Counted from the first letter of the stretch, positions 30,140 to 40,066 are shown. The stretch is 64,000 nucleotides of DNA from an uncultured Spirochaetota bacterium (GCA_963845535.1 CAWJSK010000001.1:229525-293524); one strand, 5' to 3'. Notes: generated by a model from the sequence alone, not told the origin. Numbers and translations: made by a program.

Positions 30140-31228
30140 CTATTTGACCATTCGAATCGTCTCATTATACGTATCTGATACGTAGACCGTTGTTCCGTTG
30201 ACCGCGAGCCTCATTGGATTGTTGAAGGTCGCAACGTTTCCCGTGCCGTCGGCGCTTCCCATCACCTGCCCCTGGCCTGCCAGCGTAGTCACCACTCCGC
30301 CGAGGGTGACCTGGCGGATTACCGAGTTGAGAGTGTCGGCCACATAGAGGCTTGTGCCGTCCGTTGCAATTCCTTCGGGCCAGTTGAATTGAGCCGCCGT
30401 CCCGGTTCCGTCCGCGTCACCTTTGCTTCCGGATCCGGCAAGCACTGTGACGGCGCCTGCCGTTGTGACTTGGGAAACCACGTCATAGCCAGCGTCCACC
30501 ACGTAGAGATTGGGGCTGACGAAGACAATGCCCTGAGGCCAATAGAATGTGCTGGTCGTGGGCGAACCCGCAAGGGTCGTCACCACGCCGGTGTTTGCCA
30601 AACTCGTCAAGGTCGTGACGTGGCGAATGGCGGAATTGCCCGAATCCGCCACGTAAAGCGACGTGCTCGAACTGTCATAGCAGATTCCGAGGGGATTGTT
30701 GAAAATCGCTATGGTGCCTGTTCCATCCGCGAATGTCGTTGTTGATGTATTGTTTGCATTTCCTGCCAGCGTGTCCACGAGATGGCTGGAGATGTTTACC
30801 CTTCGTATGACGTTGTTTCCGGAATCTGCAACGTACAGGTACGTGCCATCAGTCGTGATCCCTTCAGGATGATTGAAGTAGGCATACAATGTTGAATTGC
30901 CTGCATTGTCGAAATATCCGGCTGTCCCGGGGTAGCCGGCAAACAAAGTGACGCTGCCCGTGGTCGGGTTCAGTTGGCGGATCGTGGAATTACCGGAATC
31001 CGCGATATAGATGTAGGATGCAACATACACCATACCCGCCGGAAACCAGAAAGTGGCCCCGGTGCCAGTGCCGTTCGCGCTTCCTATCACGCCCGCCTGG
31101 CCCGCAATGGTAGATACAGTCTTGGCTGAAGAACCAACCGGCCCAGTCGGCGTGGAGGACATGGCGCAGCCGCTTGCAGCAAGCGCGGCTCCCAGGAGGA
31201 TTACCATTCTGACCTTCGCACCTTCCAT
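30140..31228 (-). CDS. NHL-repeat beta-propeller lipoprotein
   Basis: Lipobox LAASG-C; six 'F..P.GI...LYVAD.GN..IR' repeats; start uncertain (31297, 31228 or 31207). Confidence 0.85.
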   Translation of the reverse strand: MEGAKVRMVILLGAALAASGCAMSSTPTGPVGSSAKTVSTIAGQAGVIGSANGTGTGATFWFPAGMVYVASYIYIADSGNSTIRQLNPTTGSVTLFAGYPGTAGYFDNAGNSTLYAYFNHPEGITTDGTYLYVADSGNNVIRRVNISSHLVDTLAGNANNTSTTTFADGTGTIAIFNNPLGICYDSSSTSLYVADSGNSAIRHVTTLTSLANTGVVTTLAGSPTTSTFYWPQGIVFVSPNLYVVDAGYDVVSQVTTAGAVTVLAGSGSKGDADGTGTAAQFNWPEGIATDGTSLYVADTLNSVIRQVTLGGVVTTLAGQGQVMGSADGTGNVATFNNPMRLAVNGTTVYVSDTYNETIRMVK

Positions 31229-31369
31229 CGATGATAATAATGCCACTCCCGGCAGCGTTCCGCCAAGCATCTTGCGGGCTCCTATTCGCTGGGGCATTTT
31301 TGTGTTTATCTTTGCGCTCGATAAACAGAATGTCCGGCAGCTCGAAAACGTCGCCAGGGAGGTATTGGC

Positions 31370-31804
31370 GTGCTTCTAATGCGCGTCCAGCGCGCGTGCA
31401 TCATTGCGTTTCTTCTCGCCGCCGCCGTCTCTTTTGCCGACCCGGCAATACCGGATGGTTTCTGGCGTTCCGCCCTGCAGATCAGAGAGGGCGTCTCTGA
31501 TTTTGGGGGCAGGAGCGTCGCGGTCTTTTTCAAAGACGTGAAGTTCCGAACGCTCGAGCTGCCCAACGGGTCCACCACGTCGTTCTCGCTGACCCCCAAG
31601 AGCTTTGACGGCTCGGAGGTCGTGCTGGAGTATTCCATCCTCACAAATGGAGTCGTCTCGGAGTACTTCGATTTCCACTTCACGTGGAAAGGCGCCGTGT
31701 CGGTCCTGTACCAGCTCTCTCGTGGAGAGGCCAAGGTGGAAGGCTACGAGCAGATGCGCCGGATCATGAAAGAGTTCTATCTGCCGTCAATCACCTCGGA
31801 CTGA
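31370..31804 (+). CDS. Hypothetical secreted protein
   Basis: GGGAGG RBS, signal peptide ending VSFA-D, 144 aa. Confidence 0.6.
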   Translation: MLLMRVQRACIIAFLLAAAVSFADPAIPDGFWRSALQIREGVSDFGGRSVAVFFKDVKFRTLELPNGSTTSFSLTPKSFDGSEVVLEYSILTNGVVSEYFDFHFTWKGAVSVLYQLSRGEAKVEGYEQMRRIMKEFYLPSITSD

Positions 31805-32484
31805 CCTTTCGTCAAGGACGCAAAACGCTTCAGGATCCGGCCGCCGAACGGCGTGTCAACGATGTTCACGTCAGAGGCCCTCTTCTCCTCGGCCGCGTAC
31901 GCTCGCATGATCTCGGCGTCGAACTCGGGATGGAACTGCACGCCCCAGGCGCAGGCTCCAATCCTGAACGCCTGGTTTGCGTCCCAAGCGTTCTGGGCAA
32001 GGCGGACGGCGCCGGGGGGTAGCCGGATCACGGATTGGGAATGGCTGACGTGGACCGAGATGGTGGCGGGCAGGCCGTCAAGCAGGGGATCACGGAATGC
32101 GGCCGAAAGCAGCGTGACCTCTGTGGTCCCCATTTCCTCCCCGCGAGGATTGTAGTCAACCACGCCGCCGAGTGCATGCGCCAGGAGCTGGTGGCCGTAG
32201 CAGATCCCCAGGAGCGGCGTGCCGCCCGACGCGGCCTCCGCAAGCCAGGAGGCCGTCCTCTCGCTCCATTCCCGGCGGTCGGTCACCATCTCATGTGATC
32301 CGGTGATAATGACGCCGCCCGCGTTCGCAGCCGTAGGAAGCGGCTGACCGGCTGCAACGTCCACTACTCTTGCCTGCCTGTCCTCGATCCCCATCCCGGC
32401 CAGTATCCAGTCCTCGAAGTCGCCGCGGCAAGATTTCAAGGAGGCCATTGTGCCCCCGGTCTTGATGATGATCACCGCGGGCAT
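31777..32484 (-). CDS. Class I glutamine amidotransferase (stand-alone, GMP synthase-like)
   Basis: ITGS, GICYGHQL, QFHPE triad motifs. Confidence 0.9.
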   Translation of the reverse strand: MPAVIIIKTGGTMASLKSCRGDFEDWILAGMGIEDRQARVVDVAAGQPLPTAANAGGVIITGSHEMVTDRREWSERTASWLAEAASGGTPLLGICYGHQLLAHALGGVVDYNPRGEEMGTTEVTLLSAAFRDPLLDGLPATISVHVSHSQSVIRLPPGAVRLAQNAWDANQAFRIGACAWGVQFHPEFDAEIMRAYAAEEKRASDVNIVDTPFGGRILKRFASLTKGQSEVIDGR

Positions 32485-32624
32485 GCCCGTTGTTTTCCCA
32501 TGGAAGCACCGCCTCCGTGGAGTATAGCTGAAACGGGCCGAGCGCGGGAACCGCCGCTGGACTTTTCTCGCCCGACGGCATTCTCCATGCTTACCTTTGA
32601 ATTGATGAACGGTCTGAAGCAGCG

Positions 32625-33869
32625 ATGAAGTGGATTGAAGGCTGGTACGTCTCCTACGCTCTGCTGGGCGCCGCCGCGGCGGGCATCCTTCCCATCCTCC
32701 TTCCGATTGTCGTCGCCGGGGCGTCCGGCGCGGCGCAGGTGGGGCTCGTGATGGCCGCGTTCAGCTTTGGCGGCTTGACCGCGCCTTTGTGGGGAAAGCT
32801 CGCCGACGAGCGGCGAATGCACACGGCGCTTCTTGCCGGAGGCCTGGCATGCACCGCGCTGGCCTCCGCCGCATTCCCTTTTCTGGGCGCTTCCGGCGCT
32901 CGCATAGCCCTCGCGCTTCTTGCGGGAACTGGCGTCGCCGCGGCCGCCACGACGGCCAACCTGTTCATCGTGGAGGCGCACCCGAAAGCCCAGTGGGACG
33001 CGAGGATCGGATGGCTGCAGACCTTCTACGGCGGCGGCCAGGTGGCGGGTCTGTTGCTGGCGGGCTTTTTTGCCCAGACCGCTTCCCGCGCGGGGCTGAT
33101 TGCAGCGGCAGCGTTGAGCGCCGCGGCGGTCCTTCCCGCTCTCCTCTTCGTTCCCCATCTTCCTCCCCGCGCCGCGGCGCGCAGGCCGTCGCTGACGCAT
33201 GCGGCGCGACACGCGGAGTGGCCAAGCGGGTCCCCCCAGCGCATGTACCATCACGCAACCGCGGGCTCGCTGCGGCTCCTCGGCTCCTCGGGCGGGGCGA
33301 TCTTCGGGCTGTTTCTGCTGGGCTGGCTGCTCAGCTACGGGGGAAGCGCGGCCTTTTTCTCCCTGTACCCGGTCGTGATGCAGCAAGGCTATGGAGTCGG
33401 CCCGACGCTTTCCTCCGCGGGGTTCGCGCTCTCCGCGGCGCTGGGGCTCTTCCTGTACGCGCCGGCGGGAGCGTGGTCAACACGCGGCAAGCCCGTGGCA
33501 GTGCTTCGCCTCGGCGTGGCGGTCCGCGCGGCGGCATATGCCCTCCTGTGGCTGCTGATGGTCCTGCGCGCGCCCGGCCGCGGATGGCCGGCCCTGGGGT
33601 TTTTCCTGGTCGTCGTCCTTGCCTGGTCGGCGCTGAGCGTTGCCAGCACGGCCCTGGTGGCGGAGATGTACTCACGCCGCAAGAGCGAAGGTGAAGGCCT
33701 GGGCTTGTTCAATGCCGTGACTGCGCTCGCCGCGGTTGCAGGCTCTGCCATCGGCGGTTGGGCGGCGGGCGCCTGGGGCTACGGCGCGGTTCCCCTGGTG
33801 GCGCTCTGCGGAACGGTGGCTGGTCTGGCAGTCCTTCTGGCGGGCAGATTCAAAGCCGCGCGCTTTTGA
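32625..33869 (+). CDS. MFS transporter
   Basis: About 12 hydrophobic helices, WGKLADE motif A-like loop. Confidence 0.85.
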   Translation: MKWIEGWYVSYALLGAAAAGILPILLPIVVAGASGAAQVGLVMAAFSFGGLTAPLWGKLADERRMHTALLAGGLACTALASAAFPFLGASGARIALALLAGTGVAAAATTANLFIVEAHPKAQWDARIGWLQTFYGGGQVAGLLLAGFFAQTASRAGLIAAAALSAAAVLPALLFVPHLPPRAAARRPSLTHAARHAEWPSGSPQRMYHHATAGSLRLLGSSGGAIFGLFLLGWLLSYGGSAAFFSLYPVVMQQGYGVGPTLSSAGFALSAALGLFLYAPAGAWSTRGKPVAVLRLGVAVRAAAYALLWLLMVLRAPGRGWPALGFFLVVVLAWSALSVASTALVAEMYSRRKSEGEGLGLFNAVTALAAVAGSAIGGWAAGAWGYGAVPLVALCGTVAGLAVLLAGRFKAARF

Positions 33870-33987
33870 ATGGGCGGGCGCTTGAAGCAGCGCGCTCTTG
33901 ATGGGCGCGCTCTTGAAGCGGCGCGCTCTTGATGGGCGGGCGCTTGATGGGCGGGCGCTTGAAGCGGCGCGCTTTCAAAGCAGCGCC
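33849..33987. repeat. Imperfect minisatellite of about nine 15-17 bp units
   Basis: Units such as TTGAAGCGGCGCGCTC and TTGATGGGCGGGCGC, starting inside the MFS 3' end and ending at the GDH RBS. Confidence 0.85.
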
Positions 33988-34001
33988 GAGAGGAGGTTCG
34001 T

Positions 34002-35096
34002 ATCAAAGCCATTTCTCTCATTCCCGGCACAACGGAACTGAAGATCGTCGAACGTTCGCAGCCGTCCGTGAGCGCTGATGACGACGTGCTTACGAGCGTC
34101 ATCAGCGTGGGTATCTGCGGCACTGACCGCGAGGAGGCCGCGGGTGGCCGCGCGCTGCCTCCCGCGGGGAGCAAGGAGCTGGTGATCGGGCACGAAATGA
34201 TGGCCCGGGTCGTCGAGACGGGCAGGTCCGTCACCCGGGTCAAGAAAGGCGACCTTGTTGTCTTCACCGTGCGTCGAGGCTGCGGCGCGTGCCTGCCGTG
34301 CGAAATGAACCGCTCGGACATGTGCCTGACGGGGGACTACAAGGAGCGCGGCATATGGGGCCTTGACGGCTATCAGACCGAGCTGGTGCGGGACTCCGAG
34401 CGTTACGTTGTTCGCGTTCCCGCGGAGCTTGAAGGAGTGGGCGTGCTGAGCGAACCCCTTTCGGTTGCCGAAAAGGCGATCGATGAGGCAGTGAGGATCC
34501 AGACGGCGCGGCTTCCCGAGTCGGCGTCCCGACCGTACTGGCTTCATGGTCGGCGCTGCCTTGTCGCCGGCCTCGGGCCCATCGGTCTTCTCGCGGCCAT
34601 GGCGCTGCGCCTGCGCGGCGCGCAGGTGTACGGCCTCGACATCGTGGATGAAGCGAGCGCGAGGCCGCAGTGGCTCGGGCGCATCGGAGGGACTTACCTG
34701 GACGCGCGCAAGGCCTCGCCGGACAAAAGGGAAGGGATGGAGCTCATCTTCGAAGCCACCGGCGTTCCAGCCCTGGAGTTCAACCTCCTGGACACCTTGG
34801 GGAGGAATGGGATCTACGTCCTCACCGGCATCCCGGGTGGAGACAGACCCCTTCAACTCGATGGAGCAGAGCTCATCCGACGGCTCGTCCTGCAGAACCA
34901 GGTCATGGTGGGGAGCGTCAATGCGTCGCGAGATCATTTCCAAATGGCCGTGGATGACCTGGGGCAGGCACGGACCGTTTGGCCGCGTCTTGTGGAAGGC
35001 CTCATCACGGCGCGGCGCCCGTACACTGACTTTGCCGCCGCGCTTTCCCGGCATGACCCTGATGAGGTCAAGGTGACGCTGGAGTGGGGCAGGTAA
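34002..35096 (+). CDS. Zn-dependent glucose 1-dehydrogenase-like MDR enzyme; probable ATC start
   Basis: GICGTDRE, GHE, structural CxxCxxC(7)C, RGI.G.DG, GLGPIG, GSVNA; AGGAGG 5 nt before ATC-AAA-GCC-ATT. Confidence 0.85.
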   Translation: MKAISLIPGTTELKIVERSQPSVSADDDVLTSVISVGICGTDREEAAGGRALPPAGSKELVIGHEMMARVVETGRSVTRVKKGDLVVFTVRRGCGACLPCEMNRSDMCLTGDYKERGIWGLDGYQTELVRDSERYVVRVPAELEGVGVLSEPLSVAEKAIDEAVRIQTARLPESASRPYWLHGRRCLVAGLGPIGLLAAMALRLRGAQVYGLDIVDEASARPQWLGRIGGTYLDARKASPDKREGMELIFEATGVPALEFNLLDTLGRNGIYVLTGIPGGDRPLQLDGAELIRRLVLQNQVMVGSVNASRDHFQMAVDDLGQARTVWPRLVEGLITARRPYTDFAAALSRHDPDEVKVTLEWGR

Positions 35097-35099
35097 AGC

Positions 35100-37559
35100 A
35101 TGGAAAGTTCTCCTCGCTATGCCCCCGGTTGGCCCGGGATTCAACCGCGCTGGACGTCCAGCGCCAAGCAGGGTGTCGGCGCCTCCCTGAACGCCGCCAA
35201 CCGCATTTCGTTCACGCTCAGCCACGGGATCTTCAACGAGATCTATTACCCGCGGGTGGACCGTGCATGCACGCGCGACATGGGAATGCTCGTGGCGTCA
35301 GATGACGGCTTTTTCTCCGAGGAGAAGAGGCACACGGAGCACCGCGTGTCCATGCTGGCGCCGGGCGTTCCCGCCTACGCCCTTTCAAACACGTGTTCTG
35401 CGGGACGCTACAGGATCGACAAGGAGGTCCTCACGGACCCGCTGCGGGAGACGCTCCTTCAACACACCCGCTTCACGGCGCTCAGGGGACCGCTTTCCTC
35501 CTGTCGCCTTTACCTCCTTCTTTCGCCGCATATCGGCAACAGGGGGCTCGGGAATACGGGATGGGTCGGGGATTACAAAGGGGTGGGGATGCTCTTTGCC
35601 GAGCGGGATGGGACGTGCATGGCTCTTGCCTGCTCGGTCCCCTGGCTGAACCGCTCCGTCGGCTTTGTCGGCTCTTCCGACGGCTGGCAGGACGTCAGCG
35701 GCAACAGGCGCATGACGTGGAGCTGGGAACGGGCGGAGAACGGAAACATCGCCCTGACCGCGGAGGTGGACATCGTCTCCGCCCAAGGGGACTTCGTCGT
35801 GGCCCTGGGCTTCGGGAGGAACGCGGCAGAGGCGGGAAACCGGGCGTTGGCGAGCCTGTCCGACGGGTTCGAGCCTGCGCGGCAAGCCTACGTGGAGGAG
35901 TGGACGCGGTGGCAGGAGGGCCTTGCATGGCAAGGGCCTGTCGTGGCCCAGAAGAACGCTGGGCCCGCTGCGGCCCGCGCAAACCCGGGACCTGCCCCGG
36001 CGCCGGACCTCTTTCGCGTCAGCACGGCCGTCATCCGCGCCCATGAGGCGAAAAACTTTCCCGGCGGGCTGATTGCGAGCCTTTCCATCCCCTGGGGTTT
36101 TGCCAAGAGCGACGACGACCTTGGCGGATATCACCTCGTGTGGCCGCGGGATCTCGTGGAGACCGCCGGGGGTCTCCTTGCCGCGGGCTGCGGCGAGGGT
36201 GCGCGGCGCGTCCTCCATTACCTGCAGTCAACGCAGGAGGCGGACGGTCACTGGCCGCAGAACATGTGGCTCGACGGCTCGGCGTACTGGTCCGGCATCC
36301 AGATGGATGAGACGGCGTTCCCCATTCTTCTGGTGGACCTGGCCCTGCGGGAGAAGGCCATCGATGAGGCGCAGCGCGCGCGGATGTGGACCATGGTGAA
36401 GCGCGCCGCCGGGTTCATCGTTTGCAACGGTCCCGTCACGCAGCAGGACCGTTGGGAGGAGGACCCGGGCTACTCGCCGTTCACTCTGGGGGCGGAAGTG
36501 GCGGCGCTCCTCTGCGCGGCGGATTTGGCGGAGGCGCATGGCGAGCAGGGGACGGCGGAATACCTGCGGGAAACAGCGGACGCCTGGAACGACGGGATTG
36601 AACGCTGGACGTATGCCCGCGGCACGGACCTCGCCCGCCAGGCCGGCGTCGAGGGCTACTACGTCCGTATTTCACCGCCTGATGAGGCAGATGCTTCCTC
36701 CCCGGCGGGCGGCTTTGTTCCGATCAAGAACAAACCTCCCGGCCAGGGGATGGAAAGGGCGGCCCACATCGTGAGCCCCGACGCACTGGCGTACGTCCGC
36801 TTCGGGCTTCGCTCCGCGAACGACACGAGGATCAGGAATACCGTGCGCGTCATCGACGCGCTCCTGAAAGTGGAGACCCCCGTGGGGCCTGCCTGGCATC
36901 GCTACAATGAGGACGGGTACGGGGAGAAGGCTGACGGTTCTGCGTTCGACGGGACGGGGATTGGCAGGGCATGGCCCCTGATCACCGGAGAGCGCGCCCA
37001 CTACGAGCTTGCGGCGGGCAACGTGGCGGAGGCCCGGAGGCTGTGCCGTACCCTGGAGTCCTTCGCCGGAGACGGCGGCATGCTCCCCGAGCAAGTCTGG
37101 GACACGACGGATATTCCGAGCCGTGAGCTGTACTTTGGAAAGCCGTCAGGCTCCGCCATGCCGCTCGTGTGGGCCCACGCCGAGTACTTGAAGCTGCTTC
37201 GGTCCCTGGCGGACGGAAAGGTCTTCGACATCCCTCCCCAGACGGTGAAGCGATACGTGGTGGAGGACCGGCATTCCCGTTATGCCCCCTGGCGGCTGAA
37301 TCAGAAAAGCCGCGCCATCCCTCGGGGGAAGACCCTCCGCATCGAGCTCCCTCAGGAGGAGATCGTGAAATGGAGAGTCGATGGAGGCGGGGCCGGGAAG
37401 GCCGCGTCGCGGGCCGCCGGGTCCGGCGAGGTTCCTACGCGGTCAACCGGTCTCGGCGTTCACGTGGCAGACCTTCCGACCTCTGACATGAGTTCCGGTA
37501 CGCGCGTTGCGTTTACCGTGCTGGGGTCGGAGTTCTCCGTGACCGTCGGCAGCGAGTAA
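35100..37559 (+). CDS. GH15 glucan 1,4-alpha-glucosidase (glucodextranase N-domain + catalytic domain)
   Basis: APGWPG...W..SAK.GVG, GYHLVWPRD, QDRWEE, RYN.DGYG, GRAWPL.TGER, PEQVWD, PLVWAHAEY. Confidence 0.9.
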   Translation: MESSPRYAPGWPGIQPRWTSSAKQGVGASLNAANRISFTLSHGIFNEIYYPRVDRACTRDMGMLVASDDGFFSEEKRHTEHRVSMLAPGVPAYALSNTCSAGRYRIDKEVLTDPLRETLLQHTRFTALRGPLSSCRLYLLLSPHIGNRGLGNTGWVGDYKGVGMLFAERDGTCMALACSVPWLNRSVGFVGSSDGWQDVSGNRRMTWSWERAENGNIALTAEVDIVSAQGDFVVALGFGRNAAEAGNRALASLSDGFEPARQAYVEEWTRWQEGLAWQGPVVAQKNAGPAAARANPGPAPAPDLFRVSTAVIRAHEAKNFPGGLIASLSIPWGFAKSDDDLGGYHLVWPRDLVETAGGLLAAGCGEGARRVLHYLQSTQEADGHWPQNMWLDGSAYWSGIQMDETAFPILLVDLALREKAIDEAQRARMWTMVKRAAGFIVCNGPVTQQDRWEEDPGYSPFTLGAEVAALLCAADLAEAHGEQGTAEYLRETADAWNDGIERWTYARGTDLARQAGVEGYYVRISPPDEADASSPAGGFVPIKNKPPGQGMERAAHIVSPDALAYVRFGLRSANDTRIRNTVRVIDALLKVETPVGPAWHRYNEDGYGEKADGSAFDGTGIGRAWPLITGERAHYELAAGNVAEARRLCRTLESFAGDGGMLPEQVWDTTDIPSRELYFGKPSGSAMPLVWAHAEYLKLLRSLADGKVFDIPPQTVKRYVVEDRHSRYAPWRLNQKSRAIPRGKTLRIELPQEEIVKWRVDGGGAGKAASRAAGSGEVPTRSTGLGVHVADLPTSDMSSGTRVAFTVLGSEFSVTVGSE

Positions 37560-37599
37560 GGCACGGCAACTTTTGGGAAAGACCATGGGCGGAGGAACC

Positions 37600-37650
37600 T
37601 GCATGAGGGCGGGGCAGCTGGGAGGAGCTGCCCTGGCACGCCCTCCTGCA
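37600..37650. terminator. Long imperfect GC-rich hairpin between convergent genes
   Basis: TGCATGAGGGCG-GGGCAGCT-loop-AGCTGCCC-(TGGCA)-CGCCCTCCTGCA; no clear U-tract. Confidence 0.45.
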
Positions 37651-37665
37651 TTCACCTTGGGAATT

Positions 37666-39480
37666 TCACTTTTCAACGAACAACGCGACTCTTCTGTTTT
37701 CCCATCGATCCTTGTAGTCGCTGTCCGGCACGATCTGGTCCGCGGCCCCCACGCCGTCCGTGGTAAACATGGCTATTGCGAGGCCCCTTTCCGCCAGCGC
37801 CTGCTCGATTGCCTTTGCGCGGGCCTGGGAGAGAGGAACAAGGATGTCCTTCTGTTCGACTTTGCCCAGGGTGGGATCGTTCCAATAGATCATGACCGCG
37901 TGCCCGATGATCTTGATCCTGTCTGACGGGAACTTTTTCAGCTTGTCGGCCAGCAGATCCAGCCGCGCCGCATTCTGGCGCGCGATCTCCGGGGGAACGT
38001 CCCGGTAGTCGGCAGTGTAGGGCTTGAAGAATATACGCGAGCTTTCGATCCTGTACCCTTCGGGAGTATTGAAGACGAGGATGTCGACAGGCACCTTGCC
38101 CGTCAGCATGCCGACGTTCCCGAACTCATCCATCACCGTGACCCGCACGGGATAGTCCTCGGCAGACTCGACAAAAGCGCCCGAAGAGCTCTTGCCGTCC
38201 CATTCGACGCTCTTCTGCGGCCATGTTCCCGAGAAGGTCCGAAATACCGTGCCCTCGGGAGAGATGATCTTCATGGTCCAGCTTTGGATGCCCGCCACGG
38301 GCGAGCTGGCGTCCACGGTCAGGCCGATGGTCTTCGAGGTCTCTTCAGGGGAGAAGAGCTTCTCGGAAAGCGCAACCGTGCCGGAGGGCGGGGCCACGTC
38401 AAGGATGAAAGGCCTGCTCGCCACGGGAGAGGAAGCCATGGAGCTTCCGTAGTCCACTGCCAGCGAGGCAGCGTACGTCCCGTCCGGCGCGTAGTGGCCC
38501 GCCTCATCCCGCCCGTTCCAGGTGAGGGTGGCGGGAAGGCTTCCGCCGTTTCCTTTGAAAGTCTTTGCCACGCCGTTTTGCGCGCTGGCCACGGCAACCG
38601 TCCACGAGTGAACGTCCTGCGGATTCCCGAACGTCAGGTAGAGCTGGATGGCCTTGTGACCAGTCTTGCTTCTGGGCGAGAAGCCGTTGAGATCGGCCTG
38701 GATTGCATCCTGGCCCGCCGGTACGGCGGACGGCGCTATCTGCTCCTGGGCCGCGGCAGTGCTCACGGGGATGGAGGCCTTGGCAATCCCGTCAAGGCCG
38801 AACTGGTCGCTGACCGTTGCAACGGCGGAGTACGTCATGGAGGGTTGGACGAAGGCGCCCGAGGTCCCGGTCCCGTCCCAGCTTACGGAGTGATCCGGCC
38901 ATGTTCCGTTGAAGGTCTGGAAAAGCGTGCCGTTGGAATCATAGATCTTGATCGTCCAGCCGCTTATTTTTGCAAGCGAAGAGGTTGCGTCAACCGTCAG
39001 CGTCAATGGCGACGTCATTCCCTGGGCACCCGGCGTGAACTGTGAAGGGTTGACCCCGAGGGAAGCCGCGGGCGCAGTCAGGTCCAGCACGAAGCTCCCG
39101 CTCGTTGCCTCCGCCTTGGGAAGCCTGGTTCCGTAATCCACGGACAGGGACGCGGTGTACGCGCCCTCCGGGGCCAGGGAGCCTGAGTCGCTCTTGCCGT
39201 CCCAGCTCAGGCTTGCGGGAAGGCTCTTTCCGTCACCCGTGTACGTCCTGACCGTTCCGCCCCGCCCGTCAATCTGCACGGTCCAGGTCTTGACCAGGCT
39301 GCTGCTGCCGAACGACACGGCGAAAGCCATTGTGTCATGACCCGTGCCGGCTCCCGGAGCGAAGCCAGGCGCTTGCGCCCGGATCATGCTCTCTTGCGCT
39401 GCAGGTTTTACCGTCTGGCAGCCGGCAAGCACCACGAGGGCCGCGGCCGCCGAAAGAAAAAGTAGTGTCGATTTCCTCAT
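37666..39480 (-). CDS. Lipoprotein with four FlgD-Ig-like repeats and a C-terminal OmpA-like domain
   Basis: Lipobox LAG-C; repeated 'W...I....G..V.T..G...P....W[DN]G...G..AP.G.Y'; GHA...LSQARA...ENRRV. Confidence 0.85.
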   Translation of the reverse strand: MRKSTLLFLSAAAALVVLAGCQTVKPAAQESMIRAQAPGFAPGAGTGHDTMAFAVSFGSSSLVKTWTVQIDGRGGTVRTYTGDGKSLPASLSWDGKSDSGSLAPEGAYTASLSVDYGTRLPKAEATSGSFVLDLTAPAASLGVNPSQFTPGAQGMTSPLTLTVDATSSLAKISGWTIKIYDSNGTLFQTFNGTWPDHSVSWDGTGTSGAFVQPSMTYSAVATVSDQFGLDGIAKASIPVSTAAAQEQIAPSAVPAGQDAIQADLNGFSPRSKTGHKAIQLYLTFGNPQDVHSWTVAVASAQNGVAKTFKGNGGSLPATLTWNGRDEAGHYAPDGTYAASLAVDYGSSMASSPVASRPFILDVAPPSGTVALSEKLFSPEETSKTIGLTVDASSPVAGIQSWTMKIISPEGTVFRTFSGTWPQKSVEWDGKSSSGAFVESAEDYPVRVTVMDEFGNVGMLTGKVPVDILVFNTPEGYRIESSRIFFKPYTADYRDVPPEIARQNAARLDLLADKLKKFPSDRIKIIGHAVMIYWNDPTLGKVEQKDILVPLSQARAKAIEQALAERGLAIAMFTTDGVGAADQIVPDSDYKDRWENRRVALFVEK

Positions 39481-39605
39481 AAAATCCTCCTCGATCGACT
39501 CTCGACACGTAAAAATTAAGCGCGCGGTCCGTGCGCGAAAGTCAGCGAATGAAGGATTTCCCTGTCGAGATATTTCAGGCGACTGTCATAGCAATTCGAC
39601 AAAAG

Positions 39606-39992
39606 TCACAACGCGGCGATGACTTTTGCAAGCTTCGCTTTCACCTGCTCCGCGATGCTGGTCAGCCGCGGATTGCCCACGGTCTGCATTGCGGCCGACG
39701 GATCGATGGCGGCCGCCTCCACTTTTCCGTCCGCGGTTTCCTGGACAATGACATTGCACGGAAGGAGGAGCCCGATCTTCTCTTCCACCTGCAGCGCCTG
39801 CCACGCGAAAGGGGGATTGCATGCGCCCAGGATCCGGTAATTGCGGAAATCGACATTCAGCTTTTTCTTCATGGTTTCCTTCACGTCGATCTCAGTAAGG
39901 ACACCGAAACCCTCGGCGCCGAGGGCTTCTTTCACACGGCTCAGCGCCTTTTCGAAGGGCAGGGGAAGCGTTTTCTGAATGTAGTACTGCAT
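39606..39992 (-). CDS. DUF302 domain protein
   Basis: GFGVLTEID, ILGACNP, GLLLPCNV. Confidence 0.88.
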   Translation of the reverse strand: MQYYIQKTLPLPFEKALSRVKEALGAEGFGVLTEIDVKETMKKKLNVDFRNYRILGACNPPFAWQALQVEEKIGLLLPCNVIVQETADGKVEAAAIDPSAAMQTVGNPRLTSIAEQVKAKLAKVIAAL

Positions 39993-40066
39993 TGAATCCT
40001 CCTGGAGGGACGGCGGGCGCGCCGCCTCGAAGCGGGCCCGGCACGCGCCGAGCCCGCCAGCAGACC

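Noticed and set aside
33849..33987. Repeat array as a CRISPR
   Set aside because: Units are 15-17 bp, contiguous, lack unique spacers, and no cas genes are present
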